From the IMG/VR virus record IMGVR_UViG_3300018004_000004, positions 151,396 to 215,395 of that record: a DNA stretch of 64,000 nt; one strand, 5' to 3'. Below, piece after piece: positions 1 through 9,386 of this stretch (positions are counted from its first letter, which is position 1; each line of letters opens with the position of its first letter). Position numbers and translations under genes: made by a program. The notes beneath the pieces are model-generated. The model had not been told where the DNA came from and ran no database searches. It was given only the letters and a program-made list of their open reading frames with translations.

Positions 1-873
1 GTTTCCAAGACAGTTCTTGACATAGTAGAAGACTACGTAACCACTCGAACTGTTGAGCGCTGAGCCGCCCGGAACAAGAGTGTAGTTGGCATTGTTTCCA
101 GCCGTGTCGGTGATGGACGTGATGGGATTCGAGGTGAAATAACCATAGAAAGCGCAACCCAGAACCAACAAACTTCCCGGGGTCAAGTTCATTCCCGCTG
201 TCGTAAGAGGAGTTACAGAACCACCAGCTTGCCCTCCAAAGTCCGTATTCACAACCGCGAGATTATTTACTGGTGAAGCGTTGTAAAAAGAAATCCCGAA
301 CTGTACCCAAGTTGCAGAACCGCTTAATGTGGTGCTAACGGTTGTACTTGAAACGGCAGACGTGACATCGAGATGGGCTCCATACGACGTGTTCGTCTGC
401 CCAAAGCTTCCATCATCAATCATCGGGGTCGAGCCAACAAACGGAAGCGAGCCAGTTGTAGCGTTGGTGCCGTTGCCTACGAAGTTGATTATCGCTTCGT
501 CAGCATACGCAGTAGCAAAACTCGGAACTGACGGAGCAGCCGATGTTCCTGTTGCGGTTACATACGCATCTAACGTATTGGCACCAGCGATATCCCATGC
601 CATGATTCCGCAATACGTAGGCGTTTGTCCGCCGAGAGAAATGACATTAGATGCATTACCTACGCAGTTCACGCAGTAGAAAACTCGCGAATACCAACTG
701 CCAATATGGACAGAGGGCCCAGCCGGAACATAGCTGTTCCCAGCGGTGTCAACGATATAAGGAGTTTGAGCGTTGTAGTTATTCACGCCCACAACAATGA
801 CGTGTCCGGCTGACTGGCTATAAGCAGGAGTACTGTAAGTGCCTCCACCGATGAATGTTGTAGTCGAAGGCAT
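1..873 (-). CDS. Beta-rich putative virion/tail protein with tandem repeated domain, truncated by window edge (absent from ORF track)
   Basis: ATG at 873 (MPSTTTFIGGG...) and the frame I read stays open to base 1. Internal repeat DTAGNSY...VFYCVNCVGN / DTAGNN...VFYYVKNCLGN. Lies directly downstream of the collagen gene. Confidence 0.75.
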   Translation of the reverse strand, partial: MPSTTTFIGGGTYSTPAYSQSAGHVIVVGVNNYNAQTPYIVDTAGNSYVPAGPSVHIGSWYSRVFYCVNCVGNASNVISLGGQTPTYCGIMAWDIAGANTLDAYVTATGTSAAPSVPSFATAYADEAIINFVGNGTNATTGSLPFVGSTPMIDDGSFGQTNTSYGAHLDVTSAVSSTTVSTTLSGSATWVQFGISFYNASPVNNLAVVNTDFGGQAGGSVTPLTTAGMNLTPGSLLVLGCAFYGYFTSNPITSITDTAGNNANYTLVPGGSALNSSSGYVVFYYVKNCLGN

Positions 874-880
874 AAAGGGA

Positions 881-1837
881 TTATCCGTTGCCGACGAGTG
901 TTAGACACACACCCGCTAGAGTTGAATCTGCTGTTGCTGGGCCATCCACTTCAAGGATGTCCGAAGCAAGGAAAGCGGTATCAGATGCTTGTGTCCAAGT
1001 GCCGACCAGGCCGCCAGAAACACCAGCATCGAACACACAGGTAGCAAATGGTGAACCATTCTTATTGAAGGTGAATGTTGCTGCTGTGCCGCCTGTGCCT
1101 GTTGCCGCGACCTTAGCTACGGCATAAGAAAGCGAAGCACTGACAGGGAAATCTATCGCAATACCTAGCTTGCCATAAAAGAGAATCTGACCATTGGTTC
1201 CAACACCAGGAGCATAAATAGCAAGAGGCTTGGCGCTAATCCCAGGAGATCCTGTCGCTCCGGTTGCGCCTGTAGGTCCTGTAGCACCCGTCGGTCCTGT
1301 CGCACCGGTAGCTCCGGTTGCGCCTGTAGCACCTGTACCTGTTGGTCCAGTAGGTCCTGTTGGGCCTGTTGCTCCAGTTGGTCCAGTAGCTCCTGTTGGT
1401 CCTGGAGGCCCACCACTAGGTCCAGTTGCACCGGTGGGACCTGTAGCACCTGTAGGACCTGTAGCTCCTGTGGCACCTGTAGTACCCGGGCTGGTAGCTG
1501 AGCCAAACACATTGGCAGTTGTGCCGCCTGTGAATGTTGTACAGTTGAAACGATAAAGAGTGTTTTCAGCTATCGGGAAAGTTGTGCTAGGGGTTGCATG
1601 AGCATCCCAGGAAGACACATTATTCCACGTCACACCATTATCAGGTGAGATCTGCAGTTCAAAAACCAGACCGCTAAAGGAACCAGTAGTGACAACTGTA
1701 GCTACTAGTAAGTCAGCAGCATCTGCAACTGACGGCTTCAGGAATGGATAAGAAACGGAGAAACCTGTTCCTGTCGCACCAACCACTAGATGAGAGATAT
1801 GGGTGCGAGCCAGTGCAAGAGTTGTAAGAGTCGGCAT
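881..1837 (-). CDS. Collagen-like (Gly-X-Y) tail/whisker fibre protein
   Basis: Central run of GAT/GPT triplets flanked by beta-rich N- and C-terminal domains. Confidence 0.85.
   Translation of the reverse strand: MPTLTTLALARTHISHLVVGATGTGFSVSYPFLKPSVADAADLLVATVVTTGSFSGLVFELQISPDNGVTWNNVSSWDAHATPSTTFPIAENTLYRFNCTTFTGGTTANVFGSATSPGTTGATGATGPTGATGPTGATGPSGGPPGPTGATGPTGATGPTGPTGPTGTGATGATGATGATGPTGATGPTGATGATGSPGISAKPLAIYAPGVGTNGQILFYGKLGIAIDFPVSASLSYAVAKVAATGTGGTAATFTFNKNGSPFATCVFDAGVSGGLVGTWTQASDTAFLASDILEVDGPATADSTLAGVCLTLVGNG
1240..1490 (-). repeat. 9-bp-period coding repeat (collagen GPT/GAT triplets)
   Basis: Repeated cctgtagca/cctgttggt units; coordinates approximate. Confidence 0.9.
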
Positions 1838-1840
1838 GGG

Positions 1841-2800
1841 TTATCCTGTTACGACGACACCTATCGCAATCGTATTTGTGTGCGGGTTAGTCACGTTGGA
1901 AACTGTGGCAAACAGATTCATACCCTGAAGATCGATACCTTCATTATTGCCAATGAAGAGACCACCAACATTAGAATAGTTAAGAGCACCTGTTCCAGGC
2001 ACTCCACTAACCCAAGAACCTACCGTCACGTTGCCGGCAGTTGTCACAGCCGAGATCACCAAGTCGATTGAAGAAGCAGTATCCAAACCATAGACCAGGA
2101 CTTGGACTCCGCGCGCGCGGACAACAACCCCGCCAACCACGCTAGTACCAGCACCTGTGCCAGAGTAGAGTTCTATAGCGCTGACCGAGTGACGACCAGT
2201 ATCCAGATCTGCGATAGTCATATTGGGTGGGATACCTTGACCGTAGTTGACTTCTCCGGTGCCAGATACCGACATACGAGACAGACTACCTGTGTCTCCA
2301 TAGACAGGAGCAGCTGTTGCGTAGTTGTAACCTTCCTCAAGTACACCACCACCAACCCCAATCGTTACCGGAACGGCATACGAAAGGTTGACTGGCTGGC
2401 CCGATGAGTTATCAATAGGATTGCTCTGGAGCAGCGCCTTATTGCCACTGAACAGAGTAAGGATAGCCGAACGAATGTCCCCAAAGCTGGCACCTCTGCG
2501 AAGAGGAGCATAGGTAACATCGAACTGCTGGCTGGCGCCATTAGCTATCGTGACTGGGTAGGAACCACTGTGGACTGCGACTCTGAAATCGCTGTTGGTA
2601 TAGATACCGGCCGGCTGCGTAACAGCGTCACCATCTGTGCTTGTGCTGAATCCATAGTTCGTTACAGTGACAGACACACCACTGTTATTGGTGAGCACAA
2701 AGCTGAGAGTTTGTGGTGTTGCGTACAGCCCAGGCACCGGACCCTGAACATTCACCTTAGTAAAAGTCAGAGCTGCGGGAGATACTGTGAAGTTAGCCAT
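1841..2800 (-). CDS. Putative virion protein with N-terminal ASH/choice-of-anchor-D Ig-like domain
   Basis: VSPAALTF...FVLTNNSG.SVTV...DF.V...PVTIANGASQQFDVTYAP...SAILT pattern. Confidence 0.65.
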   Translation of the reverse strand: MANFTVSPAALTFTKVNVQGPVPGLYATPQTLSFVLTNNSGVSVTVTNYGFSTSTDGDAVTQPAGIYTNSDFRVAVHSGSYPVTIANGASQQFDVTYAPLRRGASFGDIRSAILTLFSGNKALLQSNPIDNSSGQPVNLSYAVPVTIGVGGGVLEEGYNYATAAPVYGDTGSLSRMSVSGTGEVNYGQGIPPNMTIADLDTGRHSVSAIELYSGTGAGTSVVGGVVVRARGVQVLVYGLDTASSIDLVISAVTTAGNVTVGSWVSGVPGTGALNYSNVGGLFIGNNEGIDLQGMNLFATVSNVTNPHTNTIAIGVVVTG

Positions 2801-2802
2801 TG

Positions 2803-3408
2803 TTACCTCATGAAAAGAGCTTCATTGCCCAGCCAGCGTCTTGAATAAGACATAGCCGAGCTCATGTCACTGACGGCTCTCATACGCAGAGCCTGTGCGG
2901 TTTCCGTGTCCTGATAATCGCCACCCATTTCAATGTGGCGGAGTTTGTAGCCAAACTGACCTAAGAGCTTAGCGCCCTTAGCAGCAAGTAGCCCTACACG
3001 ATAAGAAGCAACTGCTGCTATGAAAGGAACTGTCAAAGGTGCTGCAGGTGCAAGCGCTGCTGGGAGCATGAATCTAGTTGCTGCTCCGATTATAGCTGAT
3101 GCCGCTGGGTAGGATGCTATTCCCACTGAGTTACCCACGAACGTAGGAAGAACTTCCCCACGCTGAGTATGGAAGGAAGAGAATGCTATCTGAGGAACAC
3201 CACCATAAAATCCTGGCCGATCAGAGTGCATCGGTTTCCAGTTATTCTGGAATGGCTTATGTGTTTGCTGGCGCTGAAACTGGACATAAGATTCCTCAGG
3301 TCCGTAGTTTGAGAGATCTTCATCACTCACACCATGTGGGACGTTGGGATTAAAACGACGCGCGACGACGCGAAGAGCATCGTCAGCAAACATAAGTACA
3401 TTTGGCAT
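2803..3408 (-). CDS. Hypothetical protein, Ala-rich hydrophobic segment (possible internal virion protein)
   Basis: 201-aa ORF tightly packed in the minus-strand operon. Confidence 0.6.
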   Translation of the reverse strand: MPNVLMFADDALRVVARRFNPNVPHGVSDEDLSNYGPEESYVQFQRQQTHKPFQNNWKPMHSDRPGFYGGVPQIAFSSFHTQRGEVLPTFVGNSVGIASYPAASAIIGAATRFMLPAALAPAAPLTVPFIAAVASYRVGLLAAKGAKLLGQFGYKLRHIEMGGDYQDTETAQALRMRAVSDMSSAMSYSRRWLGNEALFMR

Positions 3409-4151
3409 TAGCCGTGTCTCCGGCCATTCAAACCAAGAACGATCTCACCAGAAGCGTTCATCGCAGTCATGCGATCGGCCATGTCTCCGGAGAGCGGTTC
3501 ATAATCCATCGTGCCGCCAATACCAGGAACCGCAGAAGCAGTAGCTTCTGGCTTACCGTGTCCAAAAGCAACTTGTGCTGCCAATGGAATAGCCGCGGCC
3601 GTCAGATACAAACCCATACGTCCACCAGGGATCTGACTCAGCTTTTCAAACCCACCATAAGCTTTGATAGCGGCCGGGGTCAGCAAACCCAACCCAGCTC
3701 CCACAGTCATCCCTTGAGCTTTATGCCCTTCAGGAGCTACCATGTACCCAAGACCAGCTCCTGCGGTCATCGTAATGAAAGGAGACTTAGCAAAAGGTGC
3801 TGCTAGGGTCTTTGCTTTGGTGAAGAAGCCCATCTCGGGTGTAATAGTTGCTTTTGCTGCAGCCAGACGAGCGGAGAAAGCACCAGCTCGATTACCAACG
3901 ACTCTTTGACCAACGGATCCTGCTAGCTCTGCTCCTCGACCTGCCAATCTTGTTAGGCTGCCGGCTGCCAAGCCAGTACCGGCACCCATCACCACACCCT
4001 CAGTGATGCGATCCATCAAATCGCGGTTAGGATCGCCATAAACAGCCTCTCCCACACCACCAGCCGCGGCTCCAGCCAGTAATCTCCATCTCCATGGAAC
4101 CTTACCGACGAGCTTTGCTGTGGACTCGAAGATGCTGTAGATGCCTGGCAT
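3408..4151 (-). CDS. Gly/Ala-rich hydrophobic protein (possible internal virion/ejection protein)
   Basis: 247 aa, repeated GAGxG helices, TAATG stop-start coupling to the next gene. Confidence 0.6.
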   Translation of the reverse strand: MPGIYSIFESTAKLVGKVPWRWRLLAGAAAGGVGEAVYGDPNRDLMDRITEGVVMGAGTGLAAGSLTRLAGRGAELAGSVGQRVVGNRAGAFSARLAAAKATITPEMGFFTKAKTLAAPFAKSPFITMTAGAGLGYMVAPEGHKAQGMTVGAGLGLLTPAAIKAYGGFEKLSQIPGGRMGLYLTAAAIPLAAQVAFGHGKPEATASAVPGIGGTMDYEPLSGDMADRMTAMNASGEIVLGLNGRRHG

Positions 4152-4153
4152 TA

Positions 4154-4486
4154 TTACTTCGCGAGTAACCTAGCAGCTTTCTGCATCATACCTGCAAGGC
4201 CTGCTTCACCTTTATTACGCAAAATGTTACCGATCATATTACGGTGACGCCAGTAGCCAGGAACTTTATCAGCCATGCGGCCAATCCCTTGGAAACCACC
4301 CATAGCGCCGAAGCCACGATATGCCCCATAACCTGCTGCACCGACTGCAGCTCCACGAAGAGCTCCACGGGTACGGTTGTCACGGTTAGTCAAGGCACCA
4401 GTCACACCACCAGCTACTACGCTAGGACCCAGCCCGCGGATGAGTTGGAAAGGATAAGAAGACGCCATTTTAGAAAAGACGGGCAT
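4154..4486 (-). CDS. Small glycine-zipper-like protein
   Basis: GGVTGAL...GALRGAAVGAAG; the true start may be the downstream ATG (MASSYPF). Confidence 0.55.
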   Translation of the reverse strand: MPVFSKMASSYPFQLIRGLGPSVVAGGVTGALTNRDNRTRGALRGAAVGAAGYGAYRGFGAMGGFQGIGRMADKVPGYWRHRNMIGNILRNKGEAGLAGMMQKAARLLAK

Positions 4487-4498
4487 AGAGACACCTCT

Positions 4499-4861
4499 TT
4501 ACCACTTGAAATACGCTATGATATTACTTCTATTGCTTTCAGCCCAACCTGCCATGACATTACAGTAAGTATGCAAGAGCTTCCTAACTTCTCCAGTTTC
4601 ATGGTCATGATCAACACAGCACTTAGATATAGCTTTTGGAAGTGGTTGGTGACAAAAGCCACATAACCCATGCTGTTCTTTATACATACACTCTTTGTCT
4701 TCGAGCGTAATACCGTATCTCTGCTTCAATAAAGAACTAGCATGCACACGTTGACCCTTTTCAGTCTGACGGTACGCTCGCTTTGCCTTTCTCGCAGCTT
4801 CCCTACCTTTATCAGACGAAAGGTATCGTTCTTGGGCTTGTTTTGCAGCCTCACTTTTCAT
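4499..4861 (-). CDS. Endonuclease VII-like (HNH-type) endonuclease
   Basis: RYGITLED...Q.GLCGFC...VDHDHETGEVR.LL...CN. Confidence 0.88.
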   Translation of the reverse strand: MKSEAAKQAQERYLSSDKGREAARKAKRAYRQTEKGQRVHASSLLKQRYGITLEDKECMYKEQHGLCGFCHQPLPKAISKCCVDHDHETGEVRKLLHTYCNVMAGWAESNRSNIIAYFKW

Positions 4862-4900
4862 AGCATACCTGGAGCTCAGATCTGATTAGTATAGACAGAC

Positions 4901-5509
4901 TTACAGTGATCTAGGCGTGCGATTGCCACCATAAAGACTACGGTTTGACATGCTGGTAGCGGACTTTCCTTCGCCCGCCTTCATGACTGCTTTATTGGCT
5001 CCCACTGCGGTCGCAAGATCACGACTAGCCTTAAGCGTGCTAACTTCTGTCGCTTCAGTCACCGGCATCATAAATGCTGCTTTCATTCCACCGCGGCCGG
5101 CAAACCTAGGACCTAGTGCTGCATAAGGTACCTCAGTCTTGACAGCTCGACCTTGTTCCACAAGACGGGTCCACGCCTGGACTTCATCATAGGACATTGA
5201 ACCAAAGACGTCGGATATCAGATAGTTCTTTCCTCTTTCCTTAGCTACACGTGCCAACTCAGTACGCATCTGGTATCCGGCGCCCTTCGCTTCGCCGGCA
5301 ATACCCATAACCGTATAACCCTCACCGAACTCTTTATACTTCAACAGACCTAGCTTCTGCTCACCGCGCATCATGCGGATCTGTTTGAATCCAGCTTCCT
5401 CGGTATGAATGAAACGTACGGCCTCAACGCCCTCAGACAGAACTTTACCAGCCTCTTTCTCAGCGGCGAATCCTGCGAACTTTCCGATGACTTTGAAGAA
5501 TGAGCCCAT
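4901..5509 (-). CDS. Hypothetical protein, possible GNAT-like fold
   Basis: KGAGYQMRTELARVAKERG..LISD...S..EVQAWTRL resembles GNAT motif A/B. Confidence 0.4.
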   Translation of the reverse strand: MGSFFKVIGKFAGFAAEKEAGKVLSEGVEAVRFIHTEEAGFKQIRMMRGEQKLGLLKYKEFGEGYTVMGIAGEAKGAGYQMRTELARVAKERGKNYLISDVFGSMSYDEVQAWTRLVEQGRAVKTEVPYAALGPRFAGRGGMKAAFMMPVTEATEVSTLKASRDLATAVGANKAVMKAGEGKSATSMSNRSLYGGNRTPRSL

Positions 5510-5577
5510 ATAGAGAAGGGGCGATTCACATCGCCCCTATGAGGTACAACATTCTGGGATATTCCCAGTGGGGATCC

Positions 5578-6339
5578 TTATTTCTGTACGTCCTCGTAAG
5601 GTACATCGATGACGTCATGAACCATGGAGGCTGTGTTCGATTGGCGACTGGCGAGATCCTTACCCATCTTTCCTTGGGTCTTCAGCTTGCGGGTCTTCGC
5701 GCGCTCGGTACGTTCCATATCATCCAGGATCATACGGCGAGCCGTACGCAGCTCTTGGATGATCTGCATGTTGGCGTGTACGATCTTTTCGTAGGACAAG
5801 GCTTCGCCGGTCTGCAGATCCACTTCCTTCACGGCCAGGTCTGTCATGGAAGCAGCCTTGCCTTCCGACATGATTGTAAGGCAGCGCTGTTCCTGTAAAT
5901 CAAGGACGACCAACTGAGCAATAGAGGAGCGCTCTGTCTCTGAAAGGGTGGCTTCTTCTCTCTCGAGTTCTTTCATCCAACCCACAAAGCGCTCAACAAC
6001 GTAGTTGGCCTCGAACGGGCAGATCTCACCCAGAGGAGCCTTGTGCATCTTCATTAGAGGGCAGGTAGAAGCTACTGGGCAGTGCTCGCCAGCACAACGC
6101 ATTGGTGCGGCGCCAGCCGGGCCCAGGACAAGCCGAGCTTCCTGGTAAATCTGTATGCTCTTCTGTTCCTCAGTGGTAAGCTCAAGGTTACCAGTCGGCA
6201 GGAGCTTAGCAAATCGATCCTGTGTAGACTGGATTGGTGGCAGAGGTGCTTGTACCTTCTCGATCGCCGCTTGGCTAAAGATTACTGGCTCAGGAAGAGG
6301 TTCTTGAACTGCTGGAGTTTCTGTCTTCTTCTTAGGCAT
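5578..6339 (-). CDS. Hypothetical protein with Cys4 cluster and helical C-terminus (terminase-small-subunit-like is speculative)
   Basis: C.GEHCP..STCPL...GEICPFE, 253 aa. Confidence 0.55.
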   Translation of the reverse strand: MPKKKTETPAVQEPLPEPVIFSQAAIEKVQAPLPPIQSTQDRFAKLLPTGNLELTTEEQKSIQIYQEARLVLGPAGAAPMRCAGEHCPVASTCPLMKMHKAPLGEICPFEANYVVERFVGWMKELEREEATLSETERSSIAQLVVLDLQEQRCLTIMSEGKAASMTDLAVKEVDLQTGEALSYEKIVHANMQIIQELRTARRMILDDMERTERAKTRKLKTQGKMGKDLASRQSNTASMVHDVIDVPYEDVQK

Positions 6340-6980
6340 TAGATTTCTCGTTCTTCACTAGCTTGGATATCTTCGAGTTCCTCTTTGATCTTTGCTTTCT
6401 CTTCTGGAGTGACATCAGGACCCAGTGTTTCCTTGATAGCTTCTTCGAGTTGCTCTTCGGTGATCTTGATCTTCTTAATGATGATTTTCCCACCTGGGAT
6501 GTCATGAGTACCTTCCTCTAAGGATTCGAGATCTGGAACTATCTTGATAGGAGGCCATGGTTGAGGAGCGACAGGCGGTGGGTTGTAAGGAATGAACGGA
6601 TTGGGATAGATACCACCAGAGTTCGGCACAGGGTCACCAATATACGGTTGTCCCCACGTACTGCCGTTACCGTAGCTATTATCATTTGGAATCACCCAGG
6701 TATATCCATTCATATTGGGCAGAGTGATAGAAATACCAGACTGATTCGGTAGAGCTTCAGTAGTAGTGATAGTTTGGCTTACCTGATACTTAGTAGTATC
6801 TCCGCCGGTTTCAGCTGGCGCCAGGAAGCCAGAAGTAGCCACCATATTTGATGTCTGGAAGTTCTGGGCCTGAGATGTTGGGACTGGTTTCGGATCCCCA
6901 CAGGCCATGTAGCAGCTGATACCGGCCGAGTGTGTGATTGTGTTGAGTACTGCTTGCGCATTCGCGCTTAGTGTTGTCAT
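6339..6980 (-). CDS. Hypothetical protein, Pro-rich middle, ends EEREI
   Basis: 213-aa ORF, TAATG-coupled to the next gene. Confidence 0.65.
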   Translation of the reverse strand: MTTLSANAQAVLNTITHSAGISCYMACGDPKPVPTSQAQNFQTSNMVATSGFLAPAETGGDTTKYQVSQTITTTEALPNQSGISITLPNMNGYTWVIPNDNSYGNGSTWGQPYIGDPVPNSGGIYPNPFIPYNPPPVAPQPWPPIKIVPDLESLEEGTHDIPGGKIIIKKIKITEEQLEEAIKETLGPDVTPEEKAKIKEELEDIQASEEREI

Positions 6981-6996
6981 CTTCTTACTCCAAATC

Positions 6997-7704
6997 TTAG
7001 GCAGTTACGTGTTGCAGAGCATCCATGACGGCCGAGTGAATCAGCTGTCGCTCCTCAAGAGTCCAATAGTCCCAATAGACCGAGAAGTTCACCCCAGGAC
7101 GCAGTGGGTTATAACGAACGATCACAGGATTAATGATCGTATTCGTGGCAATCGTAATGATCTTGCTAATGTAGGTGACCCACTCCATGAAAGGAACCAG
7201 GTTCTCCACATTGACATTCAAGAAGAAGCGTGTCATACCAGCCTTGCGAAGTTCTTCCTTACGGTGACGATAGTATTGATCAGGTACTAGACCACGGACA
7301 AAGGCCATATCCAACTTAGCATTCTCGACGTAGACATTCTCGCCTGTAGCATAAGGATATAGCTCGGACTGCTCGCCAGTCGGCCGATCGAGAGGATGGC
7401 CGGAGCAATACTCCACAGTCTTGATCCAGGGACGCTTATTGAGTTCCTGAATCATAGTGATACCCGCGGAGTCCAGCGTCGAGTAGTCAATATCTTCAGG
7501 CTTGCCGAACGGGAAGGAGGGATCAACCTTCGATTCTGCCTCAGCCTGCTCCTGTACAGCAGCAGCAAGCCCACCCAGGAACTTCTTCAGTTGTGGCGGG
7601 ATCTCTTGTACAACCTCATTAGGGGTAGCGGCGCCTGTTTGTACCTGGATGCCTTCAGCACCCGGTCCAGCGATTTCAGGTCCGGTGATTTCAGGTTCTG
7701 GCAT
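6997..7704 (-). CDS. Hypothetical protein with Tyw3-like D...I..LN...T..C.GH motif
   Basis: LDSAGITMIQELNKRPWIKTVEYCSGH; AGGAG RBS upstream. Confidence 0.5.
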   Translation of the reverse strand: MPEPEITGPEIAGPGAEGIQVQTGAATPNEVVQEIPPQLKKFLGGLAAAVQEQAEAESKVDPSFPFGKPEDIDYSTLDSAGITMIQELNKRPWIKTVEYCSGHPLDRPTGEQSELYPYATGENVYVENAKLDMAFVRGLVPDQYYRHRKEELRKAGMTRFFLNVNVENLVPFMEWVTYISKIITIATNTIINPVIVRYNPLRPGVNFSVYWDYWTLEERQLIHSAVMDALQHVTA

Positions 7705-7759
7705 TTATATCTCCTATCGATCAAGTCGATCTTATCAGAAAACACTACTGGAGCCAAAG

Positions 7760-8236
7760 TTACGAGAGGTATTTTGAAATGTAAAGACCCACATGGAAGG
7801 TTCCCTTCATCATGCGGGCAGCTGCTACAGCGGATTTGGTGAGGTCAGTACGCGCGGAGGTAATACAGTAGAGGTAGGTTACCATGGCATCCTCAAGGGG
7901 ATTTCGGTACTGGGGATCGAACTTGCGGGTAACTAGGTCTAGCATGTGGCCGAGCAAAAATACAGCTATTGCCCGCTCTTTGCAGAGATCTTTCAGCTCC
8001 TGGACCTTAGGATTCTCATCCAGGTATCTTTTGTACAACGAAATGCCCGACGCGAGGCCAACCTCGACGCTAAACTCAATGGATTCAATATATTTGAGTA
8101 GCTCACGGAGCACGGGCTGCACCGTCCTTAAGTGGTATTCAATCTCGGCGCCTTCTTGTACGTAAGTAGCAGAGTAACAGGAGATACAACCCAGTAATGA
8201 CTCCGCCAATGTACAGCTTTGTCGCGGTATCAACAT
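7760..8236 (-). CDS. Hypothetical protein
   Basis: 158-aa ORF in the minus-strand module. Confidence 0.5.
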   Translation of the reverse strand: MLIPRQSCTLAESLLGCISCYSATYVQEGAEIEYHLRTVQPVLRELLKYIESIEFSVEVGLASGISLYKRYLDENPKVQELKDLCKERAIAVFLLGHMLDLVTRKFDPQYRNPLEDAMVTYLYCITSARTDLTKSAVAAARMMKGTFHVGLYISKYLS

Positions 8237-8341
8237 AAAAGGGGTTCATTTTCTGTGACTTCCAAACCGGGAGGTCAAGCAGTATAGAGTACTCTATGAC
8301 CTATAGTATATACCTAAGATCTATTATACTATACATCTCTT

Positions 8342-8659
8342 CTATACCTGCCGATCATCCCACCAGTCACAGACAATCGGAGCGTCATCAAACAACTTGA
8401 AGAACGAACCATGAGTTCGACACTGCAAGTTGCCGGTACGTCCGGGCCAATCACCCTCCGTATAACTCACATCACACATCAGATGGTTCAAAAGCCAATC
8501 ATACTGCTCAGAGTTTATTGGACGGTAGATCTGTCCAGGTACGTTGGGTAGAGCATCTTCCCGATCGTACATATAGACAGCATACACCAACGGCCGCGAG
8601 CCAAAGCCAACACGGACGCAGTAATGCTTGATTCCATACGTGAATCGGAAGACAGCCAT
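8342..8659 (-). CDS. Paralog family member 3 (EQYDWL..H..C motif)
   Basis: ATG at 8659 overlaps the upstream TAA (TAATG). Motif INSEQYDWLLNHLMCDVSY...LQCRTH. Confidence 0.7.
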   Translation of the reverse strand: MAVFRFTYGIKHYCVRVGFGSRPLVYAVYMYDREDALPNVPGQIYRPINSEQYDWLLNHLMCDVSYTEGDWPGRTGNLQCRTHGSFFKLFDDAPIVCDWWDDRQV

Positions 8660-9027
8660 TAGGCAGTTAGAGCTAGGAACTTCACCAGAGCACTGGTGCA
8701 CAAAAACTGGATTTGGTTGGTGCCGGCCTGCGTGTACAAAGAGGTCGGAATGATGTTGACAAAGCTGAACACACCAGGACCTACGGAGTATGTAAAATCT
8801 GCATAGCGGCCGAACGAGTCGACGGCCGAGTAGATCACAACATCGTGCGCAGAGGCGTCGGTATTCTGGATGATCAGAACGTCATTCCCCGAGGCGAGGA
8901 AAGCATTCCCATTAGTTACATCAGCCGCGGTGAAGGCCTTGTCCAAAGCCAAAGGTGCTTCGGTACCCGGAGACTGCAGAGTCAGGGCCGGATTGTTGGG
9001 GATGAGTGTCGGATTTGAAAGTGGCAT
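8659..9027 (-). CDS. Small beta-rich putative virion (head decoration-like) protein
   Basis: AADVTNGNAF...GNDVLIIQNTD, all-beta composition, coupled on both sides. Confidence 0.5.
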   Translation of the reverse strand: MPLSNPTLIPNNPALTLQSPGTEAPLALDKAFTAADVTNGNAFLASGNDVLIIQNTDASAHDVVIYSAVDSFGRYADFTYSVGPGVFSFVNIIPTSLYTQAGTNQIQFLCTSALVKFLALTA

Positions 9028-9386
9028 TAGATTTTCCTCTCTTCGTCCATATCAGGCTCGATGTAGACTTCCGGTTCCTGTTGGGTGACGAAGTAGTCTT
9101 TACCGTGCTTTTCCCAGCACTGGTGGTTATTGCAGAAGAAGGTATGGCCGTCGCTTATGTCGGCGCCCACGTAAGAAACCATACAACTGTAGTGTCTCAA
9201 CAGCCATTCATACTGTTCCCTGTTGATCCACTTCCAAAGCTTCCTGGCTTCATACGAATCTTTGTTCATGGCACAGACTTCGTAGACGATCGGATACTGG
9301 AACACTTCCCCGGGCCAGGTAATAGTCTCGAACCCGAACAGCTCGGCGCCAGCCTGGGTGATCCGAATCTGCTCGTGAGTCACCAT
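9027..9386 (-). CDS. Paralog family member 2 (EQYEWL..H..C motif), ends EERKI
   Basis: INREQYEWLLRHYSCMVSY...FFCNNH. Confidence 0.7.
   Translation of the reverse strand: MVTHEQIRITQAGAELFGFETITWPGEVFQYPIVYEVCAMNKDSYEARKLWKWINREQYEWLLRHYSCMVSYVGADISDGHTFFCNNHQCWEKHGKDYFVTQQEPEVYIEPDMDEERKI

Noticed and set aside
1230-1556. PVAPVG-repeat ORF on the plus strand
   Set aside because: Antisense reading of the collagen repeat.
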